Shown here: piece after piece, positions 50,801 to 61,600 of the stretch
How the letters are laid out: every line of letters begins with the position of its first letter
How positions within the stretch are numbered: the first letter of the stretch is position 1
Assembly: GCA_043228905.1 (NCBI GenBank)
Contig: JBHGNT010000004.1
Coordinates: 16,988,001 to 17,052,000, forward strand
DNA length: 64,000 nucleotides
From: Azolla caroliniana
Lineage: Eukaryota; Plantae; Polypodiophyta
Direction of reading: 5' to 3'
The notes under the pieces: model-generated
What the model was told of the DNA's origin: nothing
The model's database searches: none
What the model saw: the letters and a program-made list of their open reading frames with translations, nothing else
Program-made: the position numbers and the translations under genes

Positions 50801-53800
50801 TTTTGACGGCTGTCTACCTTATAAACAGGTCTCCCTCAGTACCTTTGAAGGGGGATGTCCCACAGAGGGTGTGGACAGGAAGGAATGTGTCTTATCAACA
50901 TTTGAGGGTGTTTGGATGCTTGGCCTATGTACATGTTGCTAAAGATCAGAGGTCAAAGCTGGACAGCAAGTCCAAGCCTTGTATATTCTTGGGGTACTCG
51001 GAAGATGGGTTTGGGTACAGAATGTGGGATCTCCTTGATAAGAAAGTGATAAGAAGTCGAGATCTTATATTCGTGGAAGACAAGACAATCGAAGACTGGA
51101 AGCAACAAAGATCAGAGTCGTCTTCCCGATCGACTACTGTTATGGAGTCCACACTAGTCGATCGCACTCCCACACAACCAGTCGGCAGACAACAACCGGC
51201 TCATGAAGCCGAATCGGAGATGGCTGACAATCAACAGCAAACAAATGCACACGAATCTGAGTCGGAAGATGAGCTGGTAGAAGAAACGGAATTCGAATCG
51301 GTTGTTGAAGGAAGAAGATATCCACGAAGACAAAGGAAGACCTCTCGGTATCTAGCCAATCAATATATTCTCTTGACTGATGAAGGGGAACTAGAATGCT
51401 ATGAAGAGGTCATGACTGATGTACATAAGGAGAAATGGTATAATGCCATGCAAGAGGAAATGGATTCCTTGCATGAGAACCTCACCTATGAGCTGATGGA
51501 GCTGCCTGATGGAAAGAAGGCACTTAGAAACAAATGGGTCTACAAACTAAAGACTGGAGAAGATGGAAGTACACCTAGGTATAGGGCCCGTATTGTAGTG
51601 AAAGGTTTCCAACAGAAAAAGGGTGTTGATTTTGATGAGATTTTTGCTCTAGTAGTGAAGATGACCTCCATTCTTGCACGGTGAATTGGAAGAGGAAATC
51701 TATATGCAGCAACCGGAGGGCTTTGAGGTGAAAGGAAAAGAAAATCTTGTATGTAGGTTGAGGAAGAGCTTGGATGGACTGAAACAAGCTCCTCGACAAT
51801 GGTATAAGAAGTTTGAGTCCTTCATGTTAGAACATGGATTCCACAAAACACAAGCCGATCATTGTGTATTTGTGAAGAGGTATGATGAAGGTGATTTTCT
51901 GATTCTTTGGTTGTATGTGGATGATATGTTGGTTGTTGGACAGAATGCTAAAAAGATTGCAAGCTTGAAGAAAGCTTTGAGCAAATCTTTTGCCATGAAT
52001 GACTTAAGACCGGCAAAACGGATTTTGCGAATGCATATAGTCCGGGACAGGACTAAAAATATGCTATGGCTGTCACAAGAGAAATATGTGACGAAAGTTT
52101 TGCAAAGGTTTAACATGCACAATGCAAAATCTGTTGGATCTCCATTGCCGGTGAATCGTAAGTTAAATTTAGCACAATGTCCGAAAACTGAGAAAGATAA
52201 GGAAGAGATGAGGAGGGTACCGTATGCCTCTGCCTTTGGGAGCCTAATGTATGCTATGGTCTGCACGAGGCCGGACATTGCATTTGTTGTTGGGACAGTT
52301 AGTCTCTACATGAGTAATCCAGGAAAGGAACATTGGGCAGTCGTAAAATGGATACTCAGATACCTCAAAGGAACTTCGAGTGTATGCCTTAGATATGGCT
52401 CCGGGAAACCTATGCTCGAAGGTTTCACAGATTTTGATATGTTGGGTGATGTAGACTCCAGCCGATCCACATCAGGGTATGCGATGACTTATTCAGGGGG
52501 AGTTGTATCTTAGCAATTAAGAATGCAAAAGGTTGTGGCTTTATCAACCACGGAGGCTGAATATATGGCTGCAGTGGAAGCCAGAAAATAATTAATTTGG
52601 ATGAGAGATTTTTTAAGCGAGCAGGAACGAAGCAAGAAAAGTTCTCACTTCATTGTGATAATCAAAGAAGGTATCATTGGTTGCGAGAGAGAGTGGAAGA
52701 AAATGAGTTTGTCTTAGCGAAGATCCATACTGACGAAAATGGATCAAACATGCTTACAAAAATCTTGTCTATGGAAAAACTTGTTCCGTGCCGGCAAAAG
52801 ACTGGTTTGGTTGACTCTCCCCCTACAAGAGTGAAGGGGGAGTTTGTTATGTAAGATTGTCCCTCCTTGTGGGGGAGTCGGCCGAAAAGCCAACTCGAGA
52901 GTCGGCTGACCGAAATCGGTTGAGAACCCCAAATGAGTCGGCTTACCAAAATCGGCTGAGAAGCCAAAATGAGTCGGCTGACCGAAATCGGCCGAAAAGC
53001 TGAAACGGATGCAGTCGAATGGGAGTCGGACGAACATATACATATATATGTATTCATATATATGTGTATGAGATGAGTTAGTATGTATATATAGGTAGAG
53101 TCGTATTGGCTGCGTATGTATGTGGGATAACTCACTGACAGTAAAAACAGTGAGAGCAGTGCTAAAGTAAATAGAAGTGAGTAAGTGAGTGTGTGTGATA
53201 TATATAGGTGTTGCAAGAGAAGAGTCACACAGAGAATGACATAGAGCTAACACAGTAGTGGTTGTGCGAGTGCCATATCTCAGAAGTTGAGCGTGAGAGG
53301 AAACAAAGGAAGAAGCGTGTAACAGAAAGAAAAGAAAAGGCAAATCAAGAAGCCGTGAAGGCTTCGAAAGAGATAGATACCTACGAGTTAGGGTTTGGTG
53401 CACTCGGCTGAAATTGTGGTTTCAGAGTACAACCATACCAAATCAGGTTCTATCATTCTGTTATTGTATTTCGTCTTATCTCATAGTGGAAATTTTTGTT
53501 CCCGTGGTTATTCCTTGAAATCAGGGTTTTCCACGTAAATCATGTGCTACTTGTTTTACTTCTGTTTGTGTCCGAGTTTATTTGTAACTTCCGTCTAAGT
53601 GGAAATCATAACACAAACTGTTATTGCTCCATCTTTTGGAACCCCTTTTCAAATGTTGTACTCAAGATTCTTCTTGTGTAGCCATCGATTGGCTTGTAGC
53701 ATGAGGGATAGAACTAAAGAAAGTAGTGATGGTTTGCTGTGGTTATATTTTTGTCCTTCAATAACATCTCTCAATGTCTTGAATTCTAGCAAGAATGGTC

Positions 53801-56150
53801 CCAAGCGCTGTTTATCGTTCTATTCCGTTACCTTGCATAGAGTGCCAAACCCTTGTTTGAATAGGCAATGCTATCTCCCTCATAGTTAATAAAGAAAAGC
53901 ACAATGGGAAACAATGTTCTTCCAATTTCATCCCCCAATTGCATAAATGGTAGATCTGTTCTTCCATATATTTGCATGCATGTTTGCCTATCTCAAACTC
54001 TTAACTGATGTGAAGAAGTTGTCCTGATACGCAATGGAGTGCGTGAAATAGAAATGTACCATATAAGGCCTGATGGTAAGTCCATCATGTGATGTGTGGA
54101 TAAAAAGGAGGCCTTTTAGTGGCCAACTTTTTACCTAGAGGGCCTTTCTGTGGGATGATCCATGTTTTTTCATTAATCAATTTCATGATATCAGTTTGGA
54201 TCCTTCTGTTCTTTTCTACTTTAGTCATGTTCAGGTGTGGATATCCAAGGTATATTGGAATTTGGGCAGTGCATCTATATTTATGCCATATTACCTTTGC
54301 TTTGGGTGCTTCCAAATTCATTGAATGCCACTGATGAGAATATTGTCTCAGTCACTATTGAGAGTCTTGAGACTAGATAATACATGTTAAATTGGCAGCA
54401 CACCATTGCAGCATTTCATATCTATTTGATGATGAAATAGTAGCCATAGCACAAGTGGTCATAGACAAATAGCTGCATGTCACATATGTAGTAATTAGGC
54501 CAGCATCGACAAATATAGGACCACCAAGTTAGTTTTCTGTGAGGCCCTTGGTATAGACACATGGAATATTGTCCACTTGTTTCCAAATTATGTGCATTTG
54601 TTTGTAGCAGTCAAATAGAACTTCTGAGTGGTTTTATGTTAATTTCATCACCTCATAAGCTGGAGTTTCTTGTTAATACTGTGCATGTACTTAAATCCTG
54701 TCCATTTGGATAAGCTCGGTTTGCAAATGTACCTCTTTCTTGTAAAAAGTACTATTTCTTTAGTTCAATTAAGAGTGAAGACAATGTTAAAGAATATAAA
54801 AATTTCTAATTGGTGTATGGGCTTTAGAATTATGTGCGGTTCAATTAATTGTAGCTGTTTTGGTGTTTTTGGCAGAGACGATAATGAAAGGAACGCGTGG
54901 GAGTCACTTTTAAACCTCTCCAAGTTTCCTCAAGTGAATTTTATTCGCTTTAATTCTCAAATAATTGCACTTCCTGTTTTGTTTGTGATCAGAATGTGCT
55001 TTCACCTCACATACAGTTTTCCATCAACTATATAAATGGATTATCATAAAATGCATTTTTGGTATTACTCAGAAATACATTTCATTGGTAGAAAAATAAA
55101 CTAAACAATATGGAACATCAACTAGAGAAACACATTTCATTGGTAGAAAAAGAAACTGAACAATATGGAACATCAACTAAATAAAAAATGCAGGTTTTTT
55201 CTCAGAAACATTTCATTGGTAGAAAAAGAAACGAAACAATATGGAACAGTCTGTTGCTTTTAAAGGAACGTTTGTCTTATGACGATGTGTCATTAGACTA
55301 TTTATTTATCATGCTAACTCTCACGACCAGATATTCAACATTCCTACGTTGGATGAATCTCCATATATGGATAGTTTCATGTGCTAGATGTGCTCAATTG
55401 TCAAGCCACTAGTGATCGTTCTAGTCGATGATTGGTTTATGCTAGAATTTGAAACACTTGCCAATAAATGTACATCTTAAATAGGGTTTTCATTGATTGC
55501 TTTGGAAACATCAAATTTCGTCTGTTGTAACAAAACCCTTTCCACCAAAAGTTTATGTTTTTATCCATGGAGATATTCGAAAGGTAAACATTAAGGGATG
55601 CCTTTTTGTTTGCCTTACTGCTCATTTAGTTTTGTTCCGACAGCTTACAAGAATGAGCTCCATAATTGTGCATGACATCCCTTTGCCAAAGTTAACTTAG
55701 TGGGTTAATTGATAGTGTTTTTCTCTAAATGTTTGTAAGAAAATATATTAATTGGAGTAACTCAACTTTAGGAGAATAACCTTTTTTTGTAGGTATATGT
55801 CAAAGTAAGTGCAACTTTCAGGATATCACGGGAGGAGTTTCCTTACAAGGATACATGGACTCTTTTGGATATTTTGGTTACTACATTTGGTTCTCGGAGA
55901 TTGCTGTGGGGCAGGTATATCCACTTTAATCAAAATATGGAGATTTGATTATTTCACAGTTGTTCATGCTTAGAAATTTCTTCTGAATTGCAGTGACTTT
56001 CCATTTGTGGTTGAGCAATGTGGCTATTCCAATGCCAGAAATATTATCAGTTTGGCTAAGAGCACGATTTCTCTTACTGATGAAGAAGCTGAGTGGATTA
56101 TGGGAAAGACAGCAATGTCACTTTTTAAGAACAGTTGGATAGAGAAATAG
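27051..56150 (+). CDS. Amidohydrolase_2 family metallo-hydrolase (plant At2g35450-like), 10 exons, 299 aa
   Basis: Exons 27051-27134, 33521-33589, 34813-34892, 35032-35131, 37721-37774, 37868-37945, 38532-38629, 54876-54933, 55793-55914, 55994-56150 sum to 900 nt, all GT-AG and in frame. Motifs: IDSHLHVWA, PYFPGQEP, DGALIVQPINHKFDHS, FVGCCLANP, AVRFNPYLWP, IDHFGFCK, FPQVYVK, WGSDFPFV. Confidence 0.93.
27198..28272 (-). mobile_element. RTE/RTEX-like LINE copy 1 (old, internally deleted), intron 1
   Basis: (AAAG)n tail at 27198 on the plus strand, a 3'UTR homologous to 35293-35500 and RT remnants (FFVDFHKAFN). Confidence 0.75.
28273..28760 (-). mobile_element. RTE/RTEX-like LINE copy 2 (short 3' fragment)
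   Basis: Tail plus 3'UTR (GATATATTAACGCCTTTTAAGAG...) plus ORF2 C-terminus (QRTITTFFSPIT). Confidence 0.8.
28550..30481. repeat. Six-unit 326-bp tandem array derived from a LINE-LINE junction
   Basis: Unit starts at 28550, 28876, 29203, 29529, 29855 and 30181. Each unit is ORF2 C-terminal sequence, an AAAG tail and the LINE 3'UTR end. Confidence 0.95.
30391..33267 (-). mobile_element. RTE/RTEX-like LINE copy 3 (5'-truncated, degenerate, interrupted by a hAT element)
   Basis: KQGCPLLPTLFGLYVDE, LLYADDIVL and LFDTLVTPTLLYGVETWG; colinear with copy 4. Confidence 0.85.
30812..31855. mobile_element. hAT-type non-autonomous element containing a fragment of a second LINE family
   Basis: Termini CATAGTTTCTA...TAGAACTATG and a degenerate 8-bp TSD (CTTCTAGC / CTTGTACC). 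The internal ~30946-31530 minus-strand frame reads VTQVLLYGVEVWGG..IEKIQKMFLR..LLETG..PI. Confidence 0.65.
34441..34625. repeat. Intronic ~104-bp tandem duplication
   Basis: ATGTGAGATATGATAAG...GAGCCAAATAAG at 34441 and 34545. Confidence 0.8.
35293..37199 (-). mobile_element. RTE/RTEX-like LINE copy 4 (best preserved; RT C-half plus C-terminal zinc finger, 465-aa open frame 35504-36901), intron 4
   Basis: KQGCPL, YADD, YTYLGVTF, TLLYGVETWG and RTSSHQLQIEVGR..ERICQLC..ESEEHYVCHC; 3'UTR and (TTTC)n tail. Confidence 0.92.
37200..37491 (-). mobile_element. LINE copies 5 and 6 (3'UTR-only fragments) abutting copy 4
   Basis: 37200-37421 and ~37419-37491 repeat the 3'UTR motif TTTTAAGAGGCCAAA...GACCAAACAAGAGATTACATCTTAA. 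Confidence 0.85.
38099..38440. repeat. Intronic ~181-bp tandem duplication
   Basis: ACAAACTCTCAGTTATCTTGT...GATCATAGGTGTATGTTCTTAGC at ~38099 and ~38280. Confidence 0.8.
38870..39960 (-). mobile_element. Degenerate LINE ORF1-like region joined to an ORF2 fragment of the same RTE/RTEX-like family
   Basis: 38880-39000 matches copy 4 (RGYA.LGALERQC). Upstream are a coiled-coil frame and the remnants EVVKK and YLNEDLT..Q, typical of LINE ORF1. Confidence 0.55.
39981..41853 (-). mobile_element. Older internally deleted Ty1/copia element (gag, zinc knuckle, protease fused to RNase H, PPT, 307-bp 3' LTR 39981-40287)
   Basis: CHHCGKKDHFKHDC knuckle; WILNSGASFHVTPH is directly followed by DFTDADYA..RKSTSGYVCTFTGGAISW. 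The PPT GGTGGGAGGT precedes TGTTGG at 40287. The 5' LTR is not found. Confidence 0.8.
41854..47372 (-). mobile_element. Full-length defective Tnt1/Tork-type copia element A
   Basis: LTRs 46632-47372 and 41854-42625; TSD ATTTG (41849-41853, 47373-47377); PBS TGATATCAGAGC (iMet-type, one mismatch); PPT AGTGAAAGGGGAG. Domain order gag-PR-INT-RT-RH, with stops and frameshifts. Confidence 0.96.
47560..47709 (-). mobile_element. Old LINE ORF2 C-terminal remnant (continues at 53614-54300 after copia B)
   Basis: SLDLPILEIFQ resembles copy 4 SILDRPMIEIFR. Confidence 0.55.
47710..53613 (+). mobile_element. Full-length defective Tnt1/Tork-type copia element B (same family as A, opposite orientation)
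   Basis: LTRs 47710-48452 and 52845-53613; TSD CAAAC (47705-47709, 53614-53618); PBS TGGTATCAGAGC at 48456-48467; PPT GTGAAGGGGGAG. gag-pol has stops and deletions. Confidence 0.96.
49289..49754 (+). mobile_element. Solo LTR (466 bp) of an unrelated family inside copia B
   Basis: TG...CA termini, TSD AAAAA and TATAAAT at ~49558. It is absent from element A at the homologous DKNT position. Confidence 0.88.
53614..54300 (-). mobile_element. Old RTE/RTEX-like LINE remnant
   Basis: Homologous to copy 4 (HLNMTKVEKNR.I.TDI; CLFKQGFG.L.KV). Confidence 0.7.
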
Positions 56151-57048
56151 GACATAGACTAGTCTAGTACAATTGAAACATGAGGATGGTAATGTACTTT
56201 CAGGGTTTGGGAATACAATTGTCCTTGCTCTCCAAATAGTCTTCATTCCAAATAGATGATTCTTTTTCTCTTCCTCATCTTATTCTTTCTGATGTATTAA
56301 TGCAGGATGGTTCCATCCTTATATCCTTCACTCATTTGTAACTAAGACTTTATTTTCTCTTCCTCGTCTTCATATGCAATGTATTAATGTGGGGGTAGAT
56401 ACTAACATCACTAAATTTTGCAATGGCTATTATTATCTAACTAATAATATATTATCTTGATGTTTTCTATGGATTTCTCGTGGTTTTAATAGTTACTTTC
56501 ACATTCCATGTGAATAAAGCCTGGGGTCACATGATGTATCAACACTTTTAGATCAGATTTGGATTTGGTTCTCAAGTCTTTATTTGTGCATTGAGTACAA
56601 ATCTGTCAAGTTTCAGTTCGTTTTGCACCAGAAAATAAACGCTTCAAGAAAGCATTTGCCAATTTGTAACACATAAGATTGCACATCCCCTATTATTGAA
56701 TGTTGTGTTTGTAATGGCACTGTGAAATTCATCTGAAGCTGCCTCTACAGATTGTCCTGAGATTCATTTTCAAAGTATGGTTTGGCAATCCACATATTAT
56801 AACATAGAGTTCAAGTTCTTGTCAAATTAGAGAATAAACAGAATCACCTAATACTATCATTAATTGCATATTATTGAATACCTAAGTATCATCTAAGCCT
56901 TCAAGAGTAATGCAAGGTAGGTCTTTGCCACCCAATTTATCAAGGATTGCCAAATAGATATAAAAGAATTAGTTATCAAATTTATATTCCTTTGGCCTAT
57001 TTCTAGATCATATAAGAAAGAGCATTATAATATTCGATTTATTGTGAC

Positions 57049-57290
57049 CATAGTACATAAAATTCGTGTTCGTCTAGCATAACATTCGTTTTCCCACGTT
57101 GGAAAACGAATGAGAATGTTATTCAAACATACTTGTTTTCCCCCTTTTTTAAAGTTTCTTTTTCTTTTTCTTTAGGTTTATTTACCTCATAATAAATAGT
57201 TAATCCAAAAGTATAGTACTTATCATTCTTTGAGGGTATTTTCCATACTCGAATGCGAATTCACGTATGGTACGTATGGTTCATACTATG
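57049..57290. mobile_element. hAT-type MITE (242 bp), same family as 24297-24525
   Basis: TIR CATAGTA...TACTATG, perfect 8-bp TSD ATTGTGAC and shared internal CCATACTCGAATG / GTATGGTTCATACTATG. Confidence 0.9.
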
Positions 57291-58678
57291 ATTGTGACCA
57301 TCTCTAAAATACATAGTATTGAAGCATGTACTTAGTAAATACTATCAAATATCATATAAACATATACAAAATCACCACTGCCTACTTGTCTGGTTACCAA
57401 TGGAGCATAGCATAGTGGATACTTCCCAATTTACAATCCAAGTAATCTTGTGGAGATAAAAGTATCTGCCACAAAGAAATTATCAATATCCACTAAAAAT
57501 TATCAAAATATATATGATTCTATTGGTTATTTCTGCATGGTTGTGACACCATGACTGAACAGAGCCAATACACCCGACAATTTTAGCATTCAGTCTACAT
57601 GATTCAACACCTTCAATACCACCTGAATTTGTCATCTATCCTAGATGACATTTCAAAACCTTGACAGACTGGATCAAAATGGATAATATTCCAGAAATCA
57701 TGTAACAAATCAACAGTAAAATCTTATATATACATGGTAACATTCTTTTAGCTGCCTAGCAAGAAAAAGGCTTGTAATGTAAGAAAACACTACATAAAGA
57801 ACAAGCCGAAAACTTAGGGAACAATTACATGCTCCTTTGGTTATTAATTCTCCCCCCAGAAAGAGCTGAATTACTATGAAGGGTCTGTGGGTTTTATGTT
57901 TATGATCCATCAATAAATTGGATAGAACAACCACACAGACTAATGTCTGATAGATTCTTATATACATCGACCAAAAAGCAGTTATGTACTTCAAGAGTAG
58001 CTTTGGCAGAATGTCTGAACTCTTTGAACAGCTTCAATAAATATAACATTGCTCTTCCATTGCAATAAAATGTTGTTGCTTTTCCGATTGTATGCATGCA
58101 TGCAATCTACTACTCCTGATCCATATAACCATCCATCGGTATGTCTGTCAGTCTATATATATTTATCCACTGAGGCCCAAGTAAAATAATACTTAAAATC
58201 ACTTGTTGGATTTTGCATCTATAATATTCAAACAGTAATCCCTCTATCCTCCATGCGAAGCAATGCCCCACAAACTGATTATCCAAAAACAAAGAGCAAG
58301 ACATTATTCAGAGGGGTTAATTGTTTTTTTATCTTTAAAAAATGAAGGCAAGGAAATACCACATATACCTTCAACAATTGAGATTTACTAGAATATCTGT
58401 AAGTTTTCAGAAATAACCAGAGAATCTCTTCATGACAACTTGCTCAGAAACACTAAAATACACCTAACTTGTTTTTCACTACTTACCAGAATACACCTAA
58501 TTTAAAAATAAGAGAGAGCAGTATTCTAGACATAGTGCAGAAGTTAGGGGTATTTTGGTGTTTCCTCTGACAAATTACTGATGAAACCCAAAGGTACACA
58601 CTGGTAGCTTTTTTTATATAACAGGTTCAGGGTAGGCTGGTGTTTATTTCAAAAAGACAAAGACATTGTTGATCAAAA

Positions 58679-61600
58679 TCACCTCAAACCTTTCTTAGAT
58701 GGCCGTGCTGCTAGGGCTGCTAATTCTGCAGCAATTTCAGCTGCCTCCGCTTCAGCTTCTGCGGCCTCAGCCTCCTTTGCAGCTTTTTCAGCTGCAGCAG
58801 CTGCAGCTTCAGCTTCAGCGACAGCCAAAGCAGCCGCTCTGGCTGCCTCTTGCACTGTCTTCGACTTCAATTTTGCAAAATCAACAGCACCAAAACCTCC
58901 CCTCATAGTTCTTTTTGATGGATCTAGCATATTTGAATCCTGTAAACCCCTGCTTAGAGGTATACCCATCTCACTGCCCTTCATCAACCCCTTGTGGATT
59001 TCCTTTCTGTCATCACCCCCCTGTATTGTTCCTCCGGTTTTCAAAGTCGGTTCACCATTGTTCACTTTATAATTTTGCTTTACCTGCGACAGTCAAGTCA
59101 TGAAATCTCAATTAATTATTGATTGAATACTCCATAAATAAAACCATAGCAATATGTACCATGGTTAAAAAAACTACAATAGAAAATTTTGAAGGCCTAT
59201 TATTTAAAAATTCCAGTAGTCTCAGCAAATTTTAATATATTACTTCTAAAACATTAAGAAAACTAACAATTTAGCACAACATCTGATAGCATCGGTTTAA
59301 TGCAAAACATCCAAACACTAAAATTTCATTTCCTGTATATTACATTTCCTGTATATTTCATTTGAGAAGATTTTTTGCAAAAGGATGAGACCTTCATAAG
59401 ATTCCTTTAATTGTGTATATTCAACATCGGAAACTCATATAACCTGATTATCAATTGTTCTGTATATTTCATTTGATAAATATTTGCAAGAGGGTCAGAC
59501 CTTCACAAGATTCCCTTGGTTCACCATATCCCGTAACTTTGAGCTTAGAAGTCTTCGAAAGTTCGTTGGTACAGGATGGTGAGTCTACATCCAAACAGTC
59601 AGTTAGATACTTCGAAAAAATGCCAATACATTCTATAACCATAACGATCCAAAACTACCTCAATGTAAGCTGCAATTATTGTTGTGCTTGAGCCGTTAGC
59701 ATCATTAATATCATTTATTGCATTGATGATTAGTTCCGTGTATCTAGGGGAAAAACAAGATACAAAGCAAGGGTTACATTCACAAAAACAGTTATACAAA
59801 CTGACTTTCAAGGGATGTCATATTTAATTAATTGTTGCAAGGTAAACAATTAACTTGAGAAAGACCATGCAAACTTGTGTTATCACCAAATCAGCTTTTT
59901 AAAACTCTACTAAGATTTCAACACACCTTGGGATGTCATATTTAATTAATTGTTGTAAGGTAAACAATTAACTTGAGAAAGACCATGTAAACTTGTGTTA
60001 TCACAAAATCAGCTTTTTAGAACTCTACTAAGATTTCAAGACACCTCGGATGTAAGACAGACCACTTAAAAACCATGTAAATGCATTTTATTATAGAATC
60101 ATCTTTCAAGCTCCATTAAGCTATATATATCCAAATTTGCTTCAAATAGTGATGAAGAAGAAAGAGCATTCGTCAACAGCCATAAGACCTGTTTTGGCCT
60201 CTTTTACGATCTTGATTTCCACCTTAGAATTTATTGTGTTCCATGAAACATATTTCAAGAACGTGTAGGTATATCAGGTTTACAGTAATTTAGTACTAGT
60301 ATCTGTCAAGTTCAGCTCATTGAAGAAACTTTAATGTGAGTGGATGATGTTAGATAAATGAGCCACAAACTAATTTGATCTCCTACATAAAAGAAAATCC
60401 CCAAATCACTGTCTTTTGGATTCAATTGATTAATACAAATTTCGAAGCCTTATAATCAGGTGACAAGTTTTGAAGAAACGTAGAGTTTAATTCTATTGGA
60501 AAACAGAAAGACATTATGCTTGAAACCATGCAACACAAATCCTAAGTCACATTCAAAACATAAAAAGATAGAGAACACACCAACAGTTTTGTCTCTCACC
60601 AAGGGTCAGTAAACAAAGTCTAGATTTGCATGCAAAATTCCCAATTTTTCGAAAACCTAAATTCAGTACACAACACCTACAGCTGAAAACCTAATCCTTC
60701 CAAATACCACAAAATCCCACTAAGAAATAAAATGGCCATTGTCGAACAATCCTCAAATGTATAGAACACAAACAAAATTACACATGATGTTCATTATGTC
60801 AGTACAGTTTGGTTTGAGCCAAACTGAAACAGGAGCATACTGGCTTAACTGGTTTGGTTCAGGTTTAGGAATCCCTAAATGGTTTGGTTTGGCTTGGGGG
60901 TTCAAGGGTTTAATTTGGTTTGATTTGCACATATATCAGTTTAATGGTTTAATGGTTAATGGTTTGGGAGGATATTTTTGAAATATTTATTAAATAAACA
61001 AATCATGTAATATATAAAATCATTATGAAGTTTTAACTTTGAACCGTAACAATTCTTTTTTAGTTTTAATTTTCTTTGAGCTTTGAGAAAATAAGCCTTT
61101 CTTGAAAAGCTAAAATTTGAGCATACAATCACCAATAATTCGGCTTAAACTGAAATCAAACTGTGGGTTAACAGTTTCATGGTTTGCTAATCCCTTTAAC
61201 TGTTTGATTTGAGCTTGAAAATTCCTGAAACGGTTAGATTTAAACAGTTTCAGCTAAAACGGTTTTGGATTACACATTTCACGGTTCAGTTGTAAGTATT
61301 AAAATTTTAGACAGTTTGAAATTGAGATTCCCAAACCAAGCTGTTGACAATTACTAATGTTCACGGTTCCAAGGTTGTGCCAAATGCTTGAAACAGCCCA
61401 AGGCTGGTCACATCATGAGCCCTACTTGGACATGCCAAATCTACTAACTTAAATAGCGAAAATACTACAGTGTGGTGATATATTTTTGGTACTTTTGCTG
61501 CACTTTCTAGATCTTGGTTTTGTGTCACATTTTCAAGTGTGGGTTTCATATACATGCAAATATACCATAATGGTGGAACTAGTTCATGTTGTTACTGCTT

